Origin: Negaprion brevirostris
Lineage: Eukaryota
DNA: 59,642 bases
Direction of reading: 5' to 3'
Assembly (NCBI GenBank): GCA_030324005.1
Contig: JARDVH010000042.1
Location: 91,006,465-91,066,106 of the forward strand
Position numbers and translations under genes: made by a program. A model generated the notes under the pieces. It did no database searches. It had not been told where the DNA came from and saw only the letters and a list, made by a program, of their open reading frames with translations. Of this stretch, positions 51,045 to 59,642 are shown one piece after another (position 1 is the stretch's first letter; every line of letters starts with the position of its first letter).

Positions 51045-54000
51045 CTTACAGCTGCCGGACTAACCACCCCCACCTATGAGTCTTGGTAACTTTGGCGTTA
51101 TCTTTCTCGCCTCCAAACCCCCTGATTTTAGCTTGCGAATCTGTCCGATTACAATGCTTGGCCGTCTGCAAATAATTTACACAGTGCGAGGAGGGGGGAT
51201 TCGGAAACACTGCATCAATGCCGACCAAAGCATTACTCTCTAACATTCTGAATAATTAAAGCCTTTTCCCATCGCTTCACCCTCTGTTTACCCCTCCCTC
51301 CTCAGTCTGCCTCCAGAAATGTACCAAATAGTTTTAATTACAGCTCAGGAGCAGTAATGAAACAAAAACCAAGTCAGTACCCCCACCCCCTGAAATGAGT
51401 AAATTCAGGGCTCTCTCATTTGCTTGCTCTCTGTTTATTCCTCAAACGCAGCGGCCAAGGATGTTTACAAATTGTATCGAATTGATTCTCTTTTCATTGG
51501 AGGGGAGTTATGTTATAAACGGAATGCCCCTCCCCCTTCCCTTTTCTCACACAAGTAGTGAAATGTGCAAATAAGATACGTTCTTAATGTTAAACAAACG
51601 CTTTTCTGGGTATGACCACATTCTATGAGGAAACTCCTAACTGATTACTGTCCTTACAGAAAGAAAGAGAAACAAATTCGCTGTTTGTCTCTCTCCAGCC
51701 TTTTTATTCTGTAACTGTGCCAATGCTGGGGTGCGGGNNNNNNNNNNATCACAGTCCCGTCTGTTATATAACAACTGTGGGTTTCTATTTGCTTGCATGG
51801 CAGTGATTTGAATTAAATACAAACTTAAATGACTAGCACCTGGGTCAGATTGGCACTGCTTGCAACTGTCCCGTGTTCGCTATATTTAACCTACAACACT
51901 GCCCAAAGCAAACTCGCTACATATGGACAATACTATAGCTGGATATAGTTTGATGGAAAGCGGAAAACGCTTTTATAGGTTAAATCAACCAATGTTCTTC
52001 AAGTCTCAGACAGTTCATATATTCATGTTGGAAAGGGCCAGGTAGCCCGCTAGGAATGTTTATGTACAAAAATGGCACTTTTAAAAATAGTTGCACAAGC
52101 CTAAAGTGCTGTAGTTCAGAACATGTGTGCTCTGTTTTATTCAAAGGTTTGCCGGTAGGCTCTATTCCTCGATTCTAGCGCGCGTTCTATTAAGTCAAAT
52201 CGTTTTTTTTAGGTGAAATCCAGGGGATTGAAAACAGTGTCCCCTATATGTTTGCGTTTATATCTGTTATTATTCCACTTAAAACACTTCAGGTGATGTG
52301 TCTCAATAGTGAATTTAAATGTTGATATTTATCAATAAACTGAAACAGGTGAGGCTCGGCAGGATCGCCGCTTAAATCTGGGTTACCTAAAACAATTTGT
52401 TTCATTTAGATAAAATTATTACACTCTTCAGCGAATAATCGAAAACAGTTATTAGGCAATTGCCACGGAAACATGGTATTTGCAAGTTTCAGAACCGATC
52501 AGATATTAATTGTTACACATTAAATCGAACTCTCAGATGCTGGCCGCTGCTTGTTTGAAATGACCTGATCAGGCAAATGGGAAGGTGCGGCTAAACTTTA
52601 TAAAGTTAATACTGTTAAAAAGTTGAAAATAATTCTTTCTGAAAAATTTGAAAGGAGATACCTGCCCTTTATCTTGCGGTCATTCACGTTAATAGCATAA
52701 AACCAACATAATTGCCGAAGACGGCCGGGAGTTTGCTCCCTGACAAGTGAAAGAGCAATTTAATGGAGGGTAAAAACATACAAGTTGCATTGTAACCTTT
52801 CAAGCTAATTCCCAACACAAGAAAGGTGTGACTAGGTCTGCTGTCATTTTATTTGTGAATCAATTTCATTTTTCCCACTCTTTGACATTCTCACAAATAA
52901 TCCTGGCTCCGAACGGCTCCTAGATTTTCGGTTGTGCCCAAGGTCACAAAACATGGAAATTACCTCGACATAGTGAACACATGGGGAATATTCTATGTGC
53001 ACAATTCATACGAAAATGGTTAAAAACTAGGGTTTTACGAAGTTACTCAACCCCAAGATCCTTGCAATCCATTTGTATTTTGATACAATGTGCGAGGACA
53101 AATGGCTCCCGCTATAAACTGTGAAATACTGTTTTAAACGAGTATTCAAAATATATAAATGGGTTATAAATATCTGGAACGTGCTTAATAATGAGTTGTG
53201 CATCATTAGTACACTCCACATTAAAATGTATTATGTTTTATTTTCTTACTGAAATCAGCCCACGATAATTACATTAAATCACTACCCTCACTATTTCTTT
53301 TCATTCCTCAACAAGCAATTGTTATGAAGCGGGACAAAACGGTTAGCATACTTAACTGTGCCCAGAATTAACCTTCAAAATCAACATTTATCAGCTCAAT
53401 GACACTGAAGTGAAACTCGTGTTGTCTCTGTCTCGCATAACAATTGTTCGGCTATCAATATAAAAAATAATCTTTTTTTCCTGTTTTTAGCTGACCAGCG
53501 TTTTTACACTGCACCTCACCGTTTACAGCGTTCATAGTCTTAACTGTTTGTTCAAAACTTTAAATGGGAATCGCTAAAAAAAATGACCCGACTGACAATT
53601 TGGCTAGATTAGAATTTTCACAAGCAGTCATTCGAAGAATTATAATTTTCAACAAGCTGTTTAAATTTGTGAAGAATTTGGAGCCAGTCAGGCCGTCGGT
53701 TTTAATCAGCTGTCCAGACACTCTCTCAGCCGTGTGAGTTTGGCCATCAGTTCCTCTAGAATGGCCCAGTTAGCGCAGGGATATAAAAATGCACTTATCT
53801 CTTATTCCTTTCCAAAATGTGTCTACATTCATGTTTTGCCGTTTTGTGGTTGATGAAACCAAAAACTTAAGTGACAGCAAATTTTACATTTATCGGATGG
53901 AGTTCGTTAGTTCAAATGTTGATGATTCAATGACCTCGATGGGAGGTTTGGGAAAGGTAACTTAAAATGTCAGGACAGTTAATTTGGAGCCAGAGAGGTA

Positions 54001-54809
54001 ATGTGTGAAGTCCTAAATTCAAGGGTTGACAATCGTTATCGTTCACTTGGAATTTGCCCCGAATGCCTATCTATCACACAAACCTACCACTGTTTCTACA
54101 AGATTGCACCGACCTCTACTCCGCTAGCTTTAGTGAAACTTTCAGGAGAAAACTCAATTTCAAAAAAAATAACTGGACCAATGATTCAGGCGCTAATGTG
54201 ACTTTTGGTCTGCTGCAGTGTTTCCATTGGGAATTTTCTTGACGGGGGACTAGGAACAGTACCAGAGGTGATGATTGTAACTGAAATATATAGATTTACA
54301 TCGCCCTGAAAAAGAAGAATAATGAACCCGAGTCACCTGGAGAGCATATTTGGGATAACCTCTTACACCTAGTCAATAAATTGCAAGATAAACATGATAG
54401 TAACATTCTTAGTAGTAATTTCTAGTAGCGTGAAGACAAAACTAGCGGGATACCCCGCTCAGTGTGTTTTAATTTCACGTCCTGTATGTGTCGATGTTGG
54501 AATGTCTTCATGTGGCTGTAAGCAATTTATGCTAGATAGTTACAGTTGTTATAGTTCCATTATCTCAGATTCACAATAAAATATATATAAACATCGAACA
54601 TTAATTAATATACTACCGACGGTTTAAATGTTTTACTTTGGCCAGATTAAGATGCTGTGGAAAATGTTAAAATTCATTTTTCTACATATTATGTCTGCAA
54701 CCTGACCATCCCACAATACTTTCACCCACAATATTTCAGTGCACTTGCAATTATAGTGTGATATGTTTCATTATCCTTAATTTACTTCATTTTAAAATGT
54801 ATTTCCTAT

Positions 54810-55220
54810 ATTGCTGACCTACCCCAGCTGTGACTCTGACAGTACCTTAGTTATCCTCAAAGTTGTTTTCAAATTCCTTCATGGCATCCCTCTTTGCCAC
54901 CTCTTCTAGTGCTACAAGCCTTTGGGCTCCCCCAATGCTGGCCTCCTGTGCACCCTCAATTTTTATTGCTTCAATATTGGTAACCATCCTTTGGCCCTCT
55001 GTTCCAAATTCGCTTTCTAACCCACCCTGCCTTTCTACCCATTTCTCCTTTTTTAACTTTCTACTTAAAAGCTACTTTGGCCAATTCCTGGTCATCCTGA
55101 TAAGTCATACTTTTGAAATCGTCTATGGCTGGTGAAAAAAAATCATATGTATTAATATTAATCTTATTGTGTAACTGGATGTTTGCTATGTTAAACATGC
55201 TATATAAATGTAAATTGTTG
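54810..55220 (+). mobile_element. L2-like LINE 3' fragment
   Basis: ttgttttcaaattccttcatggc...tgctatgttaaacatgctatataaatgtaaattgttg end. Confidence 0.6.
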
Positions 55221-58200
55221 TTTCATTATGATCAAGACATTGCACCAAGCAATCTTTGGGGCCAGAACTGGATTGGAATTCCAAAAACTAACAATTAAGC
55301 TCAGAACATCTCAGTTATTTCCAATAAGTAGCAGATCCAAGATCAATTATATCTATTTATGATTTCATTAACAGAATAATGTACTTTCAAACATAAAATT
55401 ACATTTTTAAATTTTTGGTTCCGATACACATATTATTGGTTATGTTCTCTCCACATTAAAAACTAGGCCATTTAGATATCCTATTCATGGCCTTTGTGGA
55501 TGCAAGACTGGAGTCGGCTTTCAGGAATTATGCATCCCTTAGTTAGCCTAACTGGAGCTAATAACTCATTATGTAGGAGTCAATGGAGAAGAGCCAAATC
55601 ATATGTTTTTGTCTGAATTTCTTGCTTTTCCATGGTAACACTAATTAACATGCATACAGTGGCTAATCACTGACTTCTTTGACGTGTCATGATGTAACAG
55701 TTTGAAAGAGTGGACTGACCCTCTACAAATGATTCTGAAAACCTTGCACTCTATAGTAAGACAACAAATGGGACTAATTTGTCCTCTGACAAAAACTATT
55801 AATTCAGATTCAAATACAATGTTTAAAAAAAAATTTTGCCTGTCCATCACAGTAAAAAAAAGCTATCTGACAAGAGATTAAATATGCAACAAACATAATT
55901 CTAGTGTAAAATGTTGAGTAAGTGTCATTCGTTCTTAAATTACATTTCTGCAAAATATTAAAGGAAATTACATAGAAATAAAGTAGATGGACAAATAATA
56001 AGATTAAACATAAACATACTAGTACAAGAATATTCAAATTAAGATTATGGGCTTGGAGATATCCAGCAGTCATCAAACAGTATAATGCCATAGACTAGAA
56101 AAAAACGTGACTTTAAATCAATAGATATGATGATGGAAGAGGAGTTTTAATTTTGTAATGTAAATTTTCAGATAGGAAAATTAACCATCTATTCCAAATG
56201 TAATAAAAAAAATGAACATTTTCAACACAAAAATTTGAATCCTGCTCACTGTGGAATATAAGCCCATACTAAGGAGCTACCTGAAACTGTCCCATAATGC
56301 CTGTTTCTTTCATTTACTCCTGTCTTGTGCAGAATCACATGAACTCTGCTCAGTATCTCCTTGTAGTCACAGGCTAAAATGTATTGCGAGAGCAAGCATG
56401 GAGTTTTCTCCTTTTTCTTGGAGGAGTGCAATAGTTACACCATAAAAATACACTAAATAAATCATAATACTTTTCCTACTTTGTTTACTTTGTTTCATAA
56501 TATGAGTCCCCAAAGCTATCTCTCACAGGATGATCACTTCCCTGTTGAATTTCTGATCAATATCTATTAGATGTTCAAGCACATTTGACACCACAGAAAA
56601 ATGTCCATGATCTGGAAAGCTGAAACAAGCAAAGTACCAAAGATATTTTTTACTTGAACATTGCATACAGAACACTTTGTTAGTCTTTCTTAGACTTAGT
56701 CTAAATTATATCTCATTAGCAATTTGTTGGAATGACGATCAGTACAACACTCAGTATTTTATGACTACAGCAGTAGCAAATAAATTATATCGTGCACCTT
56801 TACTATTGCACATTTGATATAATGGTCATGTATGCAGAATACAAGAACAGTAAGGTTTATTCTATTTACATCATGTGACAATAACTCTGTTTTCTCAGTT
56901 ATTTCGCTTCTTCCATGACTTCCCCATCTATCCCATCACTAAGGCCAAAACACAAAGACAATTCTTTTCCAGGCAAATCCCAAAGCCATCCTAAATCGGC
57001 TTATAGGAGATGGTCAAAACTCAAGATGCCCCAAAGCTTGCCTCCCTCTGATTTTTCTCTCCTTTCATGCATGAAGTAGACTACCATCTCTGTCGAATTA
57101 TGGTGAGTCAGTACATTGGGGATGGTGGGTTCAAACTAACAGGCCACCACTTCAATGCACTGGTATTGGTGCTCCACTGTCGGTAGTTTCAACATGATAA
57201 CATCTTAATAAAAAAGAAGTAACGAGAAATGAACAAAGGTAACATTTTTTGAGTTCAGCAGTAAAGTCATTAATATTCACACATGTACGCAAAAGATCAT
57301 CCTGTATGACCAGTGTCTCTGCCCTATACAAAAAGTCCAATAAATAAACATTTTGAAATCTTACCGACCAAGGAATTTCAGTGGAGTGTGCTATGAATTC
57401 ATCCCAAGCCTATAAGCTTCAATGAGCACAGAAAGTATATTCCACAAATATTTATTATGTAATCGATTTGAATTTATTTTGGGAAAAGTATTTTGTTAAC
57501 TTCCCAGCATATTCTGTACACGATTTGGTTTATGTCACAATTGGCTGGGAAACTAAATCAAAATAGTTCCAGTGGTTGACTTTTGACCTGTGAGTGAAAC
57601 ACAGTATTTTTTGCTCAATACAGGCAGCCATTTATAAACCTAATGCTACTATTGACTGTTGAACAAATTGCCAACCTAAGCTGATCATTCCTGTTTTGCA
57701 CATTGGAAGACAAAGAACAATTCATACTGGATGTGACAACAATGTCATAACTTTATTAAAGGGGTTATGTTATTGTTTTCATTTTCTACCATTCTTAACT
57801 TGGAGAATAACAATGTGGCAGAGGATTCACAGGATGATTAACAGTCTGACAGGCTTCAACATGAATGCACCTCCCATCACTATAATCATCTTTATACCAG
57901 TTAATAAGATGCTTAGCCCTACATAGTAGGAGGTTTTTATGCGCACTCACAACCTATACAATGACGTGGGTGTTGTTAGGGGGTGGGTACCAACACCTAC
58001 CAAATGCAATGCCACACAGAATTCAGAGCAAGAGCTCCAGTGTGTATCTTCTACTCCAGATGAAAAGGGTGTGAAGCTAAAGGCTCACTCCAGGTTAATT
58101 GATGCCACTGACCACAGCAGCTAAACATGAGCAGTTCACAAACCTGACATCTAATGTAAGTTTAGGTTCTCGAAAGAATGTTTGTGTAATCATTTTTTAA

Positions 58201-59334
58201 ACATCTATATATTGCGGAGTTAGTGGAGGAAGCTTTGTTTAATTTTTGTTCCTTCTTTATTGCTAATGAAGGAACATATGAGATGTTGATGACTGAAAGT
58301 TTCCATACAGTTCCATGAAGGCATATTCAATGAATGTTGAGCAAATATAAGAGTATGAAGTTTGTCAAGATACATGTCAGCTTATAAGCCTGATGAAATT
58401 TATTTATAGAAATTAAAACCAAACTTGAACATTTGATATTAACTTTATTATTTGCATTAAGTCCAATTCACCTATTTCAGATATAATTTGGTAAAAGCAG
58501 AATGGAAACAGCTACCTGTAGGTAAATCTATGTCACAGCAGTAGGAGATATCTTAGAAAGAGCTAAAGAGGGTTCAATACAAATCTGTTCCCTCAAAGCC
58601 GTACATTCTGCTTCCAAGTGATTTGGTTTAGACCAAGCATCTAATGGAAGTAAATGAGGCACCTAGTACCTCAAATGGGATTCATGTGTCATATGTTGAA
58701 GATTTTCAGGAACAAAATACAATCAATCAAGGGCTGGACAGCGGTAATTTGACATGCAGGGAGAGTTATCACATTCATAGGCCAATTGCCCAGAGGTGGA
58801 ACTCAGGTGACTTATACTGCAGAGTGATCTAGTGAATAGCAGCATGCAACAGTTAGGGACATGCAGGAAAATACACTGGTAAGATCAAATATCTATCGAA
58901 TGCTTAGGATAATAGCCAAGAAGCAAGGTTCATAGATTGGCAGAATGGGATGAAAGATGGAAGTAAGGGAATTGAGTGCAACTGGTGACAGTGAGTCCAG
59001 AAATGGCACTTGCATCATAAAGTGATCACAAACTCCCTCTATTCAAGAGGGAGATCTCTCAGTCATAATCATGACAGAAATAAAAATGGAAGTAGAGACC
59101 ATAGCTTGAATGGAATAGGCAATGTGTTAAAGCACACAGCTAATGGCAAATGCCAAGCTGTTCAAAACCCAAAAGGGAAACTTGAAGCAACTGCCCTTAT
59201 GTTTATGTTTGCAATTTGTATTGTATGAGGAGAGGTTTTTAAATCCTAAAATGATGAATCTGACTCCTTATAATCATTCTATAATAAACCCCCACACACA
59301 CTTACTCTTTGCTAACCTCCACATACACTCGGTT

Positions 59335-59635
59335 GGGCACCATGATGGTACAGTGGTTAGCACTGTTGCCTCACAGAAGCAGGGACCTGAATTCGAATCC
59401 CTGCTTTGGTGTCCGTGTGGATTCTGTACGTTCCCCCGTGTCCACATGAGTTTCCTCTGGGCACTCCAGTTTCCTTCCACAATCCAAAAAACATGCTGGT
59501 TAAGTGCATTGGCCATGCTAAATTCTCCCTCAGTAAATCCAAACAGGCACAGGAGGGTGGCGACTACGGGTTTTTCACAGTAACTTAATTGCAGTGTTAA
59601 TGTAAGCCTACTTGGGACACAGATAAACTTTACGT
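59335..59635 (+). mobile_element. V-SINE with the alternative tail (same subfamily as 44140-44450)
   Basis: cagtggttagcactgttgcctcacag head and the ttgcagtgttaatgtaagcctactt tail. Confidence 0.8.
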
Positions 59636-59642
59636 AACACTC

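Larger units (their letters stand above)
50741..51060 (-). promoter_or_regulatory. Exon 1A 5' leader / proximal promoter (TSS not determinable)
   Basis: Lies immediately upstream of the exon 1A ATG. Contains blocks (caggacatgatctcacatg, tttagttccttaatcatttc, ccacctaaaacgtttagtttc, ggaaacttttc) that resemble the mammalian PAX5 1A leader as recalled. Contains a 13-N gap. Confidence 0.65.

Overview
Vertebrate genomic DNA, very probably from a shark or other elasmobranch. The evidence is HE1/V-SINE-type and DeuSINE-type SINEs, CR1/L2/Rex-type LINE debris and Penelope-associated repeats. The assembly is a draft with many N gaps. The window holds the 5' half of a Pax5 (BSAP) gene on the minus strand. 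It has two alternative phase-1 first coding exons: a distal exon 1A-like (50740-50701, MEKNGSALRSVRS) and exon 1B (38003-37961, MEIHCKHDPFAAMH). These are followed by exon 2 (35369-35204), exon 3 (27151-26954), exon 4 (24140-24076) and exon 5 (19430-19299), which together encode the paired domain, the octapeptide YSISGILG and the KRKRDE basic motif. Intron 5 runs off the left edge, and exon 6 was not found. Notable non-coding structure: a 24-codon uORF plus a start-stop element in the exon 1A leader; six CCAAT boxes phased at about 30 bp next to an oppositely oriented CCAAT-CCAAT-TATA set upstream of exon 1B; a near-canonical REST/RE1 site in intron 2; an ISRE/PRDM1-like motif at exon 1A; a roughly 25-kb CpG-retaining domain; and several candidate enhancers. 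Most other ORFs in the track are spurious or repeat-derived. Repeat boundaries are approximate. Comparisons with mammalian sequence are from memory and need alignment.
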